Shown here in pieces: positions 28,581-38,840 of a stretch of 64,000 bases of DNA. The stretch is from Gemmatimonadota bacterium (lineage in GTDB: Bacteria; Gemmatimonadota; Gemmatimonadetes; Gemmatimonadales; Gemmatimonadaceae). The position numbers and the translations under genes are program-made. The notes below the pieces were generated by a model, which had not been told where the DNA came from, made no database searches, and saw only the letters and a list, made by a program, of their open reading frames with translations. Location of the stretch: the NCBI GenBank assembly GCA_040389905.1, contig JAZJZK010000027.1, positions 32,001-96,000 of the forward strand, in the 5' to 3' direction. Within the stretch, counting starts at the first letter, position 1, and every line of letters starts with the position of its first letter.

Positions 28581-29636
28581 ATGGCCACCGCAGACGAGCT
28601 CACGCCACGCGAGCGCCGCGTCCTCAATGCGGTCATTCAGACATACGTGCAAACCGCTGAACCCGCCGGCTCGCGCATCCTGTCTCGACGGTTCAGCCTG
28701 GGTGTCTCTCCGGCCACCATTCGGAACACCATGAGCGACCTCGAGGAAAAGGGGTTTCTCATGCATCCGCATACGTCAGCCGGCCGCGTCCCCACGGACA
28801 AGGCCTACCGGACCTATGTGGACTCGTTGCTCACCGCGCCGCCGGAAACGATCGTTGCGGCTGAGCGCGAACGGCTTCAGGCCGAGATCTCGTCCAGCAA
28901 TTCCACGATCGACACCATTCTTCGACGCGCGGCGCAATCGCTGGGCGTTTTGACGCAGGAACTCGGCGTGGCGCTCGGACCGCGGCTCGACGCGAGCGTT
29001 CTCCGCTCGCTCGAATTGGTTCGCGTCGGCGGCGAGCGCTTGTTGCTCGTCCTCACGCTCGACGGCGGTGTCGTGCGCACGGTGTTCGTCGAAGTCCGAG
29101 GAACGCTCGCGGACTCCGCCGTAACTGAAGTCACGCGCGTGCTCAACGAGCGACTCGCTGGGCACACGCTGCGGGCACTCCGCGCCTCGGTTGGGGAGCG
29201 GCTTCGCGATTCCGCCACCATGCCGGAGGCCGAGGAGCTCCTGAATGTGTTCGTGCAGGAAGGCGAGCAGTTGCTCGATTCCGCGTTGCCCATCAGTGAA
29301 GGCGTCATCGTGGGACAGGCGAGCGTGCTGGCTGCGCAGCCGGAATTCGGTGGGGCGGAGAACTTACGGCGGCTTTTGACGCTTACTGAAGAGCCGGCGC
29401 GCCTCGCCGATGCCTTGCGTCGCACCCACGAAGGGCGGGAGCGCCCCGGGGTGAGCATCACCATCGGCGGCGAGCACGGCGATCCGCGCCTCGAACAATT
29501 CACGGTCGTGACGGCGGAGTATCATGCCGGTGCGCTCGCCGGAATTATCGGGGTGATCGGGCCGACGCGCATGCCGTACGAGAAGGTCATATCGCTTGTG
29601 CAGCACACGTCTCGTCTCTTGTCCGACCTGTTGTAG
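28581..29636 (+). CDS. hrcA: Heat-inducible transcription repressor HrcA
   Basis: 'SPATIRNTMSDLE', 'HPHTSAGRVPT', 'GVIGPTRMPY'. Confidence 0.95.
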   Translation: MATADELTPRERRVLNAVIQTYVQTAEPAGSRILSRRFSLGVSPATIRNTMSDLEEKGFLMHPHTSAGRVPTDKAYRTYVDSLLTAPPETIVAAERERLQAEISSSNSTIDTILRRAAQSLGVLTQELGVALGPRLDASVLRSLELVRVGGERLLLVLTLDGGVVRTVFVEVRGTLADSAVTEVTRVLNERLAGHTLRALRASVGERLRDSATMPEAEELLNVFVQEGEQLLDSALPISEGVIVGQASVLAAQPEFGGAENLRRLLTLTEEPARLADALRRTHEGRERPGVSITIGGEHGDPRLEQFTVVTAEYHAGALAGIIGVIGPTRMPYEKVISLVQHTSRLLSDLL

Positions 29637-29647
29637 CTTCTACCTGT

Positions 29648-29688
29648 TGTCACCCCGGGCGAGCGAAGCTTTGTCCAGGGGTCTGCAC
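29648..29688. repeat. Degenerate single copy of the 24553-24641 repeat unit
   Basis: TGTCACCCCGGGCGAGCGAAGC...AGGGGTCTGCAC resembles the reverse complement of 24603-24641. Confidence 0.6.
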
Positions 29689-29734
29689 TTTCCGAAGTAC
29701 ACGCTTTACCTGCATCGCGAGTTTTTGAGAGACC

Positions 29735-30862
29735 ATGGCCGATTTCTACGCAGTCCTCGGTGTCGAACGGAGTGCCGCCGACGACGAGATCAAGAAAGCA
29801 TACCGAAAGCTTGCGATGGCCTACCATCCCGACAGGAATGGCGGCTCGAAGGAGGCTGAGGAGAAGTTCAAGGAGATTACCGAGGCATACGACGTGCTCC
29901 GCGATCCGCAAAAGCGCGCCACGTTCGATCGGTATGGCGAGGCGGGTCTACGCCGCGGTGGCGCGGACTTCCATCACGTCGACCTCTCGGAAGCACTCGG
30001 CATTTTCATGCGGGATTTCGGCGGGATGGGCGGACTCGAGGACCTGTTCGGCGGGCGCGGGGGCAGCAACCAGCGCAGTGGAATGGACGTCAAGATCACC
30101 CTGCCGCTCACGCTCGTGGAAGTCGCCACCGGTGTCGACAAGGAGATCAAGCTCAAGGTTCTCGACTCCTGCGAGGCCTGCAAAGGCAGCGGCGCGGAAC
30201 CCGGAACGAAATCCGCGCCCTGCGCGACGTGCGCGGGTCACGGTGAGGTTCGGCGGGCGCAGCGCTCGTTCTTCGGCCAGTTCGTCACGGTCGCGCCATG
30301 CCCTGCGTGCAAGGGCGAGGGGCAGGTGATCGAGACACCGTGCAGAAAGTGCCGAGGCGAAGGTCGCGTGCGTGGCGACAAGTCGATCAAGGTTTCCGTT
30401 CCCGCAGGAGTCGCGACCGGTCAGTACATGACGCTGCGCGGTGTTGGCAATGCCGGCACACGGAATGGAGAGCGTGGCGATGTGCATGTCGTCTTCGACG
30501 TCGCCGAGGATCCGCGATTCGAGCGCGAAGGCGAAGACCTGTACACCGAAGTTCTCCTCACCTATCCACAGCTCGTTTTCGGTGCGACGGTCGAGGTGCC
30601 GACGGCCACGAGCGCGGTCGCGCTCAGTGTTCCGCCGGCGACCCAGAGTGGTCAGGTGTTCCACCTGCGTGGTCGCGGTCTCTCGCGTGTGAACGCGGCC
30701 GGGACGGGCGATCTCCACGTGCGCGTCCAGCTTTGGACGCCGGACAAGATGAGCGACGAAGAGAAGCGCTTGCTCGGTCGGCTCGGCGAGATTCAGGGGG
30801 CCGTTCCCACCGACCGCGGCAAAGGTCTGTGGGCGAAGATGCGCGAAGCGCTCGGCGCATGA
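29735..30862 (+). CDS. dnaJ: Chaperone DnaJ
   Basis: J-domain HPD motif and four CxxCxGxG repeats. Confidence 0.97.
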   Translation: MADFYAVLGVERSAADDEIKKAYRKLAMAYHPDRNGGSKEAEEKFKEITEAYDVLRDPQKRATFDRYGEAGLRRGGADFHHVDLSEALGIFMRDFGGMGGLEDLFGGRGGSNQRSGMDVKITLPLTLVEVATGVDKEIKLKVLDSCEACKGSGAEPGTKSAPCATCAGHGEVRRAQRSFFGQFVTVAPCPACKGEGQVIETPCRKCRGEGRVRGDKSIKVSVPAGVATGQYMTLRGVGNAGTRNGERGDVHVVFDVAEDPRFEREGEDLYTEVLLTYPQLVFGATVEVPTATSAVALSVPPATQSGQVFHLRGRGLSRVNAAGTGDLHVRVQLWTPDKMSDEEKRLLGRLGEIQGAVPTDRGKGLWAKMREALGA

Positions 30863-31680
30863 CCTGGCTCTCAGTTCGCGTTCGTCCCGGAGCGTTTCGC
30901 GACCGGGCGCTCGCGGCGTTGTTCGGCGCCGGCTCGGAAGGGGTCCACGAGGCAGGTGACGAGCTCGTCACGCACTTTCCCGGCGAGACCGACGCGGAGT
31001 ATGTGACGTCGCTCGTCCTCGAGGCCGATCCGGACGCGCAGGTCGACGCGTCACTGGTGCCCGCGGTCGACTGGACGCAGGAGTGGAAGAAGGGCGTCGG
31101 CGCGCATGACCTCGGAGCGCTTGCGATTGTGCCTCCGTGGCTCGCGGCAGGGCGCGATCCCGCTCGCACGATCGTGATCGAACCGCAGATGGCGTTCGGC
31201 ACAGGTGAGCACGAGACAACCCGCGGCGTCGTCCGCCTCCTGCCCGATATCATTCGCGTCGGGGATCGTGTGGCCGATCTCGGCAGCGGGAGCGCAGTCC
31301 TTTCCATCGGCGCGGCCAAGCTCGGCGCACGACACGTGAGCGCCATCGAAATCGATCACGACTCGATCGCCAACGCCCACGAGAACGTTGCACGCAATGG
31401 CGTGGCAGACCGCGTGTCGATTCTCGAGGGAGACGCCACGATTCTGTTGCCGCTGATTGCGCCTTTCCGTGTGATTCTCGCGAACATCATTTCGTCGGTG
31501 CTCACCGAACTGACGCCGGCGATCGTCGCGTCGCTCACCGTGGACGGCGTAGTCGTACTCAGTGGAATCCTTGGCGAGGAGCGCGAGATGATGATCGGCG
31601 TGGCCAACGCGAACGGGCTGTCGCTGGTGTCCGAAGACGCCGAGGGGCTGTGGTGGAGCGCGAGCTTCAGGCGCACATAG
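30859..31680 (+). CDS. prmA: Ribosomal protein L11 methyltransferase
   Basis: '[15 protein letters not shown]', 'DLGSGS', 'ANI', 'LSGI'; follows dnaJ. Confidence 0.93.
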   Translation: MTWLSVRVRPGAFRDRALAALFGAGSEGVHEAGDELVTHFPGETDAEYVTSLVLEADPDAQVDASLVPAVDWTQEWKKGVGAHDLGALAIVPPWLAAGRDPARTIVIEPQMAFGTGEHETTRGVVRLLPDIIRVGDRVADLGSGSAVLSIGAAKLGARHVSAIEIDHDSIANAHENVARNGVADRVSILEGDATILLPLIAPFRVILANIISSVLTELTPAIVASLTVDGVVVLSGILGEEREMMIGVANANGLSLVSEDAEGLWWSASFRRT

Positions 31681-32393
31681 CGACGTACTACGCGCCGGGC
31701 GCGTGGGGCGATCGCGTCGAACTCGCCGAGAGCGCCGCGCATCATGCGACTGTGAAGCGCGCGAGTGTCGGCGATGCCGTGGGTCTCTCGAGCGGAGACG
31801 GTCGACTCGCGGTCGGCGTAATTGCGGAGTTGAGCAAGAAGCGTCTCGTGATTGCCGTCGATCCGAACACGGTCGAACGCATTGCTGCGCCGCCGCGCGT
31901 CGAGCTCTGGGCGCCAGTTGGTGACCGCGACCGCATGCTGTTGCTCGCGGAGAAGACGGTGGAGCTGGGCGTGAGTGTCTGGCAGCCCGTCGTGTACGCA
32001 CGATCGCGTTCTGTCGTGCCGCGTGGCGAGGGTGAATCGTTTCGCGAGAAGGTGCGATCGCGCCAGGTGAGTGCGCTGGAACAGAGCGGAAGTGCGTGGC
32101 TCCCGGAGTCCTTCGCAGAGTCTCCCTTCGGGGACCGCATCGCCGCAGACGCGGCGGGAGCTGGCGCATCTCGTCTTCTGCTTGACGCGCAGGGTCCATC
32201 GATCGTGGAGCTGCTTCCCGCACTGCATGCTCCTGTACGAATTGCCCTCGGTCCCGAGGGCGGGTTGGAGGAGGAGGAGCGCGAACGTTTTCTGCAAGCG
32301 GGCTGGCAAACCGTGTCGCTGGGTGCGAATGTCCTGCGCTTCGAGACAGCGGGCATCGCAGCGGTTGCCATGGTCCGTTCACATCTACGCTGA
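31650..32393 (+). CDS. rsmE: 16S rRNA m3U1498 methyltransferase
   Basis: 'EKTVELGV', 'ALEQSG', 'GPEGG', 'LGANVLRFETA'. Confidence 0.9.
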   Translation: MVERELQAHIATYYAPGAWGDRVELAESAAHHATVKRASVGDAVGLSSGDGRLAVGVIAELSKKRLVIAVDPNTVERIAAPPRVELWAPVGDRDRMLLLAEKTVELGVSVWQPVVYARSRSVVPRGEGESFREKVRSRQVSALEQSGSAWLPESFAESPFGDRIAADAAGAGASRLLLDAQGPSIVELLPALHAPVRIALGPEGGLEEEERERFLQAGWQTVSLGANVLRFETAGIAAVAMVRSHLR

Positions 32394-32403
32394 CCGAGTC
32401 ATC

Positions 32404-32745
32404 ATGTCCGACAGTTGTCTCTTCTGCCGAATCGCCCGCAAGGAAATTCCAGCCGCCATCGTGATGGAGAATGATCATGTCGTGGCGTTCAGGGATATCG
32501 ATCCGAAAGCGCCGACGCACGTGCTCATCGTACCGCGCACGCACATCGCGACGTTGAGTGACGCAACCGATCCCGGTGTGCTCGGGGAACTCATGCTGGC
32601 GGCGGCGAGCGTTGCGCGGATGGAGGGGATTGACGCCGGCGGCTATCGCGCTGTCGTGAACTCCGGCGCGGACGCCGGGCAGACCGTCTTTCACGTGCAC
32701 GTGCACGTACTCGGCGGCCGCAAGCTCGCCTGGCCGCCCGGTTAG
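32404..32745 (+). CDS. hinT: Histidine triad nucleotide-binding protein
   Basis: 'CLFCRI', 'P.APTHVLIVP', 'GQTVFHVHVHVLGGR..WPPG'. Confidence 0.93.
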   Translation: MSDSCLFCRIARKEIPAAIVMENDHVVAFRDIDPKAPTHVLIVPRTHIATLSDATDPGVLGELMLAAASVARMEGIDAGGYRAVVNSGADAGQTVFHVHVHVLGGRKLAWPPG

Positions 32746-32756
32746 CGGGACCAAGG

Positions 32757-34037
32757 GTGTTGACGTCAGGCGTATTCGAACGACACCGATTCGTCACTGG
32801 ATTTACGATCGCCGCGTGCATCATTCTGGTTACCGATCTCGGCGTCGGTAGCCTTCGCTACTCTCGGCCACCCGCGCCTGTCCCCGCCGGCGTGCCGCAT
32901 GAGCAATCGTATCGACGCGCGAATCCGAGGTATCACCATGACCTGATTCCGCTCATCAGCGAGGACTCAGCGCAGTGGGGACCGATCCGTTATCGCGTTC
33001 GGACGAACTCGCTCGGGTTCAAGGACGCCGTTGCGCGTCAGGTCGTCGCCGACACCGCGCGCCCGATGGTGCTGCTGCTCGGTGACTCGTTCACCGAAGG
33101 AATCGGCGTGGAGTTCGAGGCGACCTTTGCGGGACGGCTCGCGTCGCTCGGCCGACAGGTGAAACTGGATGTTCTGAACGGCGCCGTAGCGTCCTATGCG
33201 CCCTCGATCTACTGGCGAAAGGTGGTCGACCTGCTCGATCGCCGGCACGTTGGCTTCGCGGAGGTCGTCGTCTTCATCGATATCTCCGACGTGCCGGATG
33301 AAACGGAATACTTCGTGGATTCGGATACGAATGTGCAATCGCATTGGCCGATGAGTGTCGCGGGTCCGATGGTCCCCGCGCACCCCGCGGCGGAGGGGGG
33401 ATGGGCGCGCACGGTGACCTGGCTGCGGCGACATTCATTCGCGCTCTACTCCGCCGCAGCGATCGCGAAGACGAGTCTTGGCAGCGGCCGTCTCTCCGCG
33501 ACGTTGCCGGCGTCCAGCGGTACCGCGCCGCATCCGTGCGTCATCCCGGTCTCGCATTCGGACAGCTATTGTCGATCGGCGTGGGCCTTCGACACGGCCG
33601 CGATGACGTCGTTTGGCGACGCCGGGCTCGCGAACGCGACGCGGCATATGAGCGCCCTCGCCGGGGATCTGCGCCGAAGGAGCATTCCACTCACGATCGT
33701 GGTCTATCCCTGGAGGCAACTCATCGTCGAACGCGGGCGGCGTTCTATCGCGTCTTCACGGTGGCGAGAGTGGGCTGCCACCGAACGCGTCAATTTTCTC
33801 GATCTCTTTCCTGCGTTCTTTGCCCTCGCAGATGCGGAGGGAGATGCGGCCGCGACCGACAGCTTGGGCATTCGCGGCGATATTCATTGGAACGAGCGCG
33901 GACATGCATTCGTCGAGAAGGCGTTCTTGACCGCATACTGCTCGGCGTCGGCCGAGCCCGGCTTCGGCGTGCGGCCGTTGGCGCGCGTCTGCCGTACGCC
34001 GCCCGTGCGCGATGCGCCCCGCGTTCCAGAGCGGTAG
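32757..34037 (+). CDS. SGNH/GDSL hydrolase-like membrane-anchored protein
   Basis: N-terminal TM helix, 'TNSLGFKD', 'LLGDSFTEG', 'DIHWNERGH'. Confidence 0.75.
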   Translation: MLTSGVFERHRFVTGFTIAACIILVTDLGVGSLRYSRPPAPVPAGVPHEQSYRRANPRYHHDLIPLISEDSAQWGPIRYRVRTNSLGFKDAVARQVVADTARPMVLLLGDSFTEGIGVEFEATFAGRLASLGRQVKLDVLNGAVASYAPSIYWRKVVDLLDRRHVGFAEVVVFIDISDVPDETEYFVDSDTNVQSHWPMSVAGPMVPAHPAAEGGWARTVTWLRRHSFALYSAAAIAKTSLGSGRLSATLPASSGTAPHPCVIPVSHSDSYCRSAWAFDTAAMTSFGDAGLANATRHMSALAGDLRRRSIPLTIVVYPWRQLIVERGRRSIASSRWREWAATERVNFLDLFPAFFALADAEGDAAATDSLGIRGDIHWNERGHAFVEKAFLTAYCSASAEPGFGVRPLARVCRTPPVRDAPRVPER

Positions 34038-34063
34038 ATTTCAAGACTACACTCTGAACTACC

Positions 34064-34501
34064 ATGCCACTTTTCGATACGCTCCAATCCGATCTCAACG
34101 CCGCGCGGAAGGCGCAGGACAAGCCGCGCGTGCTTGTGCTGGGCACGATCTTCTCCGACGCGAAGAACAGGAAGATCGAACTGCGCCGCGACCTCACCGA
34201 CGACGAGGTCATCGACGTCCTGCGAAAGGGGATCAAGCGCCGCCGCGAGTCCATCGAGATGTATGCCGGCAAGCGCGACGATCTCGCCGATAAGGAGCGC
34301 GCCGAAGTCTCCATTCTCGAGGCATATCTGCCCGCCTCCGTGAGCGATGACGAGTTGCGCGCGGCGGTTCGTGCCGCCATCGCCGGCGGTGCGACGCAGA
34401 TTGGTGCCGTCATGGGCAAGGTTCTCCCGCAGTTCAAGGGACGCGCCGAAGGCAGCACGATCAACGCGATCGCGCGCGAGGAACTGAGCAAGCAGGGATG
34501 A
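34064..34501 (+). CDS. GatB/YqeY domain protein
   Basis: 'KRRRESIE.Y', 'E.SILEAYLP', 'G.VMG'. Confidence 0.88.
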   Translation: MPLFDTLQSDLNAARKAQDKPRVLVLGTIFSDAKNRKIELRRDLTDDEVIDVLRKGIKRRRESIEMYAGKRDDLADKERAEVSILEAYLPASVSDDELRAAVRAAIAGGATQIGAVMGKVLPQFKGRAEGSTINAIAREELSKQG

Positions 34502-34511
34502 CGGCAGTGCG

Positions 34512-36914
34512 ATGAACACGCACGCCCTTGGTATCCTCGAGTTTCCGCGCCTGCTGGAGCTCGTGGCGGAGCGCGCCGCTTCTGCACCGGGAGCAGCGCG
34601 TGTTCGTGCGCTCACGCCCTCCGCAGACATCGGCTGGCTGGAGGCAGAACATCGTCGCGTCGCGGCGGTGCGTTCACTCCTCGGAAGTGATCCCCCCTGG
34701 CGGCCAGAACCGGTTCCTGAGCTGGCTGGCCCGATCCAGCGGCTGCGCGTCATCGGCAGTGTGTGGAATGGACTCGAGCTGCTGGCTGGCGGCGTTTTGT
34801 TGCGGTCGGCACGCCGGACGCGCGAAGCTCTGCGGGACGAACGTCGCCCAGCGCTCATCCGGGCCGTGCTCGGCGGCTTTGCCGAGCGCATGATCGTCGC
34901 GAAGGCGCAGGAAGACGAGATCGAGCGCGCGCTTGGCGAGGACGGCCTGCTCAAGGATGACGCGTCACCGGTTCTGCGACGCATTCGTCGTGAGTTGCGG
35001 GCGTCGCACGGTGAGCTGATCCGCATTCTTGAGCGAGCAATGAGCGGGCTCGAGGCACATCACCGCGCGCCGGATATGTCCGTGACCGTGCGCGAGGGCC
35101 GGTACGTCATTCCAGTGCGCCGCGAGGGCGTGAAGGGGCTCGGCGGCATCGTGCACGGCACCTCGAGCAGTGGCGGGATGATGTTCGTCGAACCACCCGC
35201 GGCGATCGAGTACGGCAACCGCATTCGGGAGCTCGAAGCGGAAGAGCAGGAGGAAGTCGAGCGTATTCTCGCCGAACTCACCGATCATATCCGTCCGCAC
35301 CGCGAAGGTCTGGCGGACTCGCTCGACGCGTTGGCCGAGCTGGATTCGCTGCACGCGCGTGCGCGCTACGCAATCCAGTTCGAGTGCACGCCCGCCGATC
35401 TTGTTCCTGCGCGTAGTGGCTTCGCGATTCGCGATGGCCGGCATCCGTTGTTGCTAGCCAAGGGTATCAATGTCGTTCCCTTCGATTTGGCGATTCTCCC
35501 GGGCGAGCGGACGCTACTCGTGTCCGGGCCGAACACCGGTGGCAAGACGGTGCTGTTGAAGGCGATCGGACTGGTTTCCATGATGGCGCAGGCGGGGATT
35601 CCGGCGCCGGTGGGAGCGGAGAGCAGCATTCCCGTGTTCGACGACGTGCTTGCCGACATCGGTGACGAACAGTCGATCGAGGCGAGTCTCTCCACATTTT
35701 CCGCGCACCTCAAGAACCTCTCGGAGATCCTTCGACTGGCGACATCCGACTCCCTCGTCCTCATCGACGAGCTTGGGTCGGGCACCGATCCGCAGGAGGG
35801 TGCTGCGCTCGGCTGGGCGATTCTGGAAACGCTGACGGCTCGTGGAACGACGACACTCGCGTCGACACATCTCGGTCAACTCAAGGAGCTCGCGTCGCAG
35901 GTCGACGGTGTCGTGAACGCGTCACTGCAATTCGACGCGGTGCAACTGGCACCGACCTACCGGCTCATCAAGGGCATACCCGGGCGATCGTACGGCATCA
36001 GCATTGCGCGCCGGCTGAATCTTCCTGCGGACGTCGTCGCCCGCGCCGAGGAGCGGCTACCCCAGGGTGAGCGCGACATGGCGGCGCTCATCGAACGGCT
36101 CGAGAGGAAAGAGGAGGAGCTCTCAGCGCGCGAGCGCGAAGCGGCGCTCATCGCCGACGATGCCCGTAATCGCATCGCGATGGTCGTCAAACGCGAGCAC
36201 AACGTGCGCGACCGCGAGCGCACAGTGGAGAAAACGAGTCGGCAGGAAGCGCGAAAATACGTACTCGAAGCGCGTGCCGAGATCGACCGCACGATCAAGG
36301 AGTTGAAGAAGAAGGGTGCGGAGGCCGCCGACGGTGCGATCGACGAAATGGGTCGAGAGGCGCGTCGCAAGGCGGAGGAGATGGCCGCGCGGCAGGCGAA
36401 CGTGTTGGAACGCCTCGACAAGGAGGAGCGGTCCGTCCAGCGCAAGCGTGGGACGGTGGCGCCCTCCGAGCGAAAGCCGATCGCCGTTGGCGACATGGTT
36501 GAAGTGGGAACGCTCGGCGGAAAGCTGGGCCGGGTGCTCGAGCTCCGCGGCACGGACGCGCACATCGTCGTCGGCTCGATGAAGCTGACGGTGAAGTTGT
36601 CCACGCTGAGGAAGAGCGATCAGGCGCCGGAAGTTGCCGTCAGCTATATCGGCGACGCGCCTGAGGTGCACGTGAATACGGAGGTCAACCTCCTCGGAAT
36701 GCGGGCCGATGAAGCAGAGGGGATGGTGCTGCAGGCCCTCGACGGAGCCATCCGCGCCGACCTGAAGAGCCTCCGCATCATTCACGGGAAGGGAACCGGC
36801 GCGCTGCGCCAGGTCGTGGATGAGATGCTGCGCAAGGACACGCGCGTTCGCGAGTTTCGCATGGCCGGCTGGAATGAGGGCGGCGCCGGCGTGACGATCG
36901 CGGTGTTTGCGTGA
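34512..36914 (+). CDS. mutS2: Endonuclease MutS2
   Basis: 'SGPNTGGKT', 'DEQSIEASLSTFSAH', 'DELGSGTDP', C-terminal Smr domain 'IIHGKGTG'. Confidence 0.95.
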   Translation: MNTHALGILEFPRLLELVAERAASAPGAARVRALTPSADIGWLEAEHRRVAAVRSLLGSDPPWRPEPVPELAGPIQRLRVIGSVWNGLELLAGGVLLRSARRTREALRDERRPALIRAVLGGFAERMIVAKAQEDEIERALGEDGLLKDDASPVLRRIRRELRASHGELIRILERAMSGLEAHHRAPDMSVTVREGRYVIPVRREGVKGLGGIVHGTSSSGGMMFVEPPAAIEYGNRIRELEAEEQEEVERILAELTDHIRPHREGLADSLDALAELDSLHARARYAIQFECTPADLVPARSGFAIRDGRHPLLLAKGINVVPFDLAILPGERTLLVSGPNTGGKTVLLKAIGLVSMMAQAGIPAPVGAESSIPVFDDVLADIGDEQSIEASLSTFSAHLKNLSEILRLATSDSLVLIDELGSGTDPQEGAALGWAILETLTARGTTTLASTHLGQLKELASQVDGVVNASLQFDAVQLAPTYRLIKGIPGRSYGISIARRLNLPADVVARAEERLPQGERDMAALIERLERKEEELSAREREAALIADDARNRIAMVVKREHNVRDRERTVEKTSRQEARKYVLEARAEIDRTIKELKKKGAEAADGAIDEMGREARRKAEEMAARQANVLERLDKEERSVQRKRGTVAPSERKPIAVGDMVEVGTLGGKLGRVLELRGTDAHIVVGSMKLTVKLSTLRKSDQAPEVAVSYIGDAPEVHVNTEVNLLGMRADEAEGMVLQALDGAIRADLKSLRIIHGKGTGALRQVVDEMLRKDTRVREFRMAGWNEGGAGVTIAVFA

Positions 36915-38749
36915 TTCCCGACGAGACGATCGAGCGCATTCGCGACGCGGCGGACATCGTCGGCATCATCGGGGAATACGTCGAGTTGAAGCGGCAGGGC
37001 GCAGACTACCGCGGCCCATGCCCATTTCACCAGGGCACGAACCGCAATTTCTCGGTCTCGCCGAAGAAGGCGATGTACTATTGCTTCGTCTGCAAGGAAT
37101 CGGGCGACGTTTTCAAGTTTCTCCAGAAACGGATTGGCCTCGACTGGCCGTCTGCCGTGCGTGCTGTCGCCGAGAAGTCGGGCATCGAAGTCGTCGAGAC
37201 ACACAGCCGCCGGCAGCAGGAAGAAAAGGATGCGCTCGCGCCATTCTGGGAAGCAAATGGCGCGGCGGCGGATTACTTCAAACGGGTCCTCTGGGAGGAC
37301 GAGCTTGGCGAGCACGCGCGTGATTACCTCGGTGAACGCGGCATCAGTCGCGAGCTCGCCGAGCGCGCAGGGCTCGGCTTTGCGCCGCGCGAGATCGGGT
37401 TGATGCGTGCCTATCTGAACACGCTTGGCTTCGAGAACGAACGGTTGATCGAGGCGGGTCTTCTCGTCGTTCCGGACGAGGGCAGCGAGCCGCGCCCCAG
37501 GTTCAGGAATCGGCTGATCTTTCCGATCCTCGACGCGTCCAGCCGCGTCGTGGGCTTTGGCGGGCGTCTCCTCGGGCCGGGTGAACCGAAGTACCTCAAC
37601 TCCGCCGAGTCGCCCACGTTCAACAAGGGCAAGCTTCTCTACGGAATGCACTGGGCGAAGCAGGCCGCTCGGCGCGACGAGCGCATTCTCGTGGTCGAAG
37701 GCTACTTCGACCTCCTGCGCTTGCTCGATGCAGGCATTGAGAGCGTCGTCGCGCCGATGGGGACTGCGCTGACCGAGGAGCAGGCGAAGCTCATTCGTCG
37801 TTACACCCAGCGAGTGTTTCTGCTGTACGACTCGGATAAAGCGGGCCTCAAGGCGACGTTTCGTTCCGGCGATGAATTGCTGGCCCAGGGCGCCGCCGTG
37901 CAGGTGGTGACGCTTCCGGAGGGAGAAGATCCCGACAGCTTTGTGCGCACGCATGGCGCGAAAGGAATCGAGGCGCAACTCGCCAATTCGATCGATGTGT
38001 TCGAGCGAAAGATCCAATTGCTCGAGCGGGGCGGCTGGTTCTCCGACCTGCGCAAAAAGCGTCAGGCATTGGACCGGCTGCTGCCCTCCATTCGCGCAAC
38101 GGTCGACCCGCTCACCCGGGACATGTATCTCGGGTACGCCGCGACGGCCGCCGGTGTCTCACGCGACCTGCTCGAGCGTGAGCTGGCGGCGCCACCGCGC
38201 AACAGGCCAGGACGAAGCGCTGCCCGTACGGAGCCACCACCGGAGCAACCGTTCGAGCGCGCGTCGCTGCCGGTAATCGCACAGGTTCGGCAGCGCGACC
38301 GGCGGCGCGTGGCGGGTGAGCGAGCCTCGAGCGCCGAGCGCGAGCTCCTTCGCGTGCTTCTGCATCGCCCACCCTACTTTGAGCAGGTGATGGAGCGCGC
38401 CGACGAGCACAGCTTTCGGGATCCTCAGCTCAAGCGGATCTTCGGGGCAATGATGGCGCACGGGGCGGATGCGGGTCCGGATGTCCTCGCCGAACATCTC
38501 GATGGGGACTCCGTCGTCATCATGCAGGAGTTACTCGAGGAAGACGGTGGCCTCGATCGCGCGGATGAGGTCGTCGTGGCGAGCCTCTCCGTCATGCACG
38601 AGCGAAAGCTCACCGACCGCATGTCCGAGATCGACCGCGAAATGCCGATTGCGTCGGACGGGCAGAAGGACGAGCTGACCCGTGAAAAGCGTCAGCTGAT
38701 GGAAGAGCTTCGCAGTCTGGGCGGACGTTGGTGGAAGAAATTTCGATAA
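36911..38749 (+). CDS. dnaG: DNA primase
   Basis: 'CPFH..CFVC' Zn domain, 'PKYLNS', TOPRIM motifs 'VEGYFD', 'DSDKAG', 'DPD'. Confidence 0.96.
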   Translation: MIPDETIERIRDAADIVGIIGEYVELKRQGADYRGPCPFHQGTNRNFSVSPKKAMYYCFVCKESGDVFKFLQKRIGLDWPSAVRAVAEKSGIEVVETHSRRQQEEKDALAPFWEANGAAADYFKRVLWEDELGEHARDYLGERGISRELAERAGLGFAPREIGLMRAYLNTLGFENERLIEAGLLVVPDEGSEPRPRFRNRLIFPILDASSRVVGFGGRLLGPGEPKYLNSAESPTFNKGKLLYGMHWAKQAARRDERILVVEGYFDLLRLLDAGIESVVAPMGTALTEEQAKLIRRYTQRVFLLYDSDKAGLKATFRSGDELLAQGAAVQVVTLPEGEDPDSFVRTHGAKGIEAQLANSIDVFERKIQLLERGGWFSDLRKKRQALDRLLPSIRATVDPLTRDMYLGYAATAAGVSRDLLERELAAPPRNRPGRSAARTEPPPEQPFERASLPVIAQVRQRDRRRVAGERASSAERELLRVLLHRPPYFEQVMERADEHSFRDPQLKRIFGAMMAHGADAGPDVLAEHLDGDSVVIMQELLEEDGGLDRADEVVVASLSVMHERKLTDRMSEIDREMPIASDGQKDELTREKRQLMEELRSLGGRWWKKFR

Positions 38750-38797
38750 TCTTCGGCTCCGGAGTTATCATCCAATGCTAGGGTTGCAGGTTGAGTT

Positions 38798-38832
38798 GTC
38801 CCCTGTCACCTGACTCCCGTCCCCTGTCCCCT
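38798..38832. repeat. Five tandem heptamers (consensus GTCCCCT)
   Basis: GTCCCCT GTCACCT GACTCCC GTCCCCT GTCCCCT. Confidence 0.65.
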
Positions 38833-38840
38833 TTCGTTCA

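Noticed and set aside
28540..29734. CIRCE element near hrcA/dnaJ
   Set aside because: Only TTAGCA at 28564 is present; I found no TTAGCACTC-N9-GAGTGCTAA inverted repeat.
31051..32754. Long antisense or alternate-frame ORFs (e.g. 567 aa here; also 14310-15809, 19912-21393, 52242-53840, 59488-60819, 61126-62499)
   Set aside because: They shadow well-supported genes, lack recognisable motifs and are expected in high-GC DNA.
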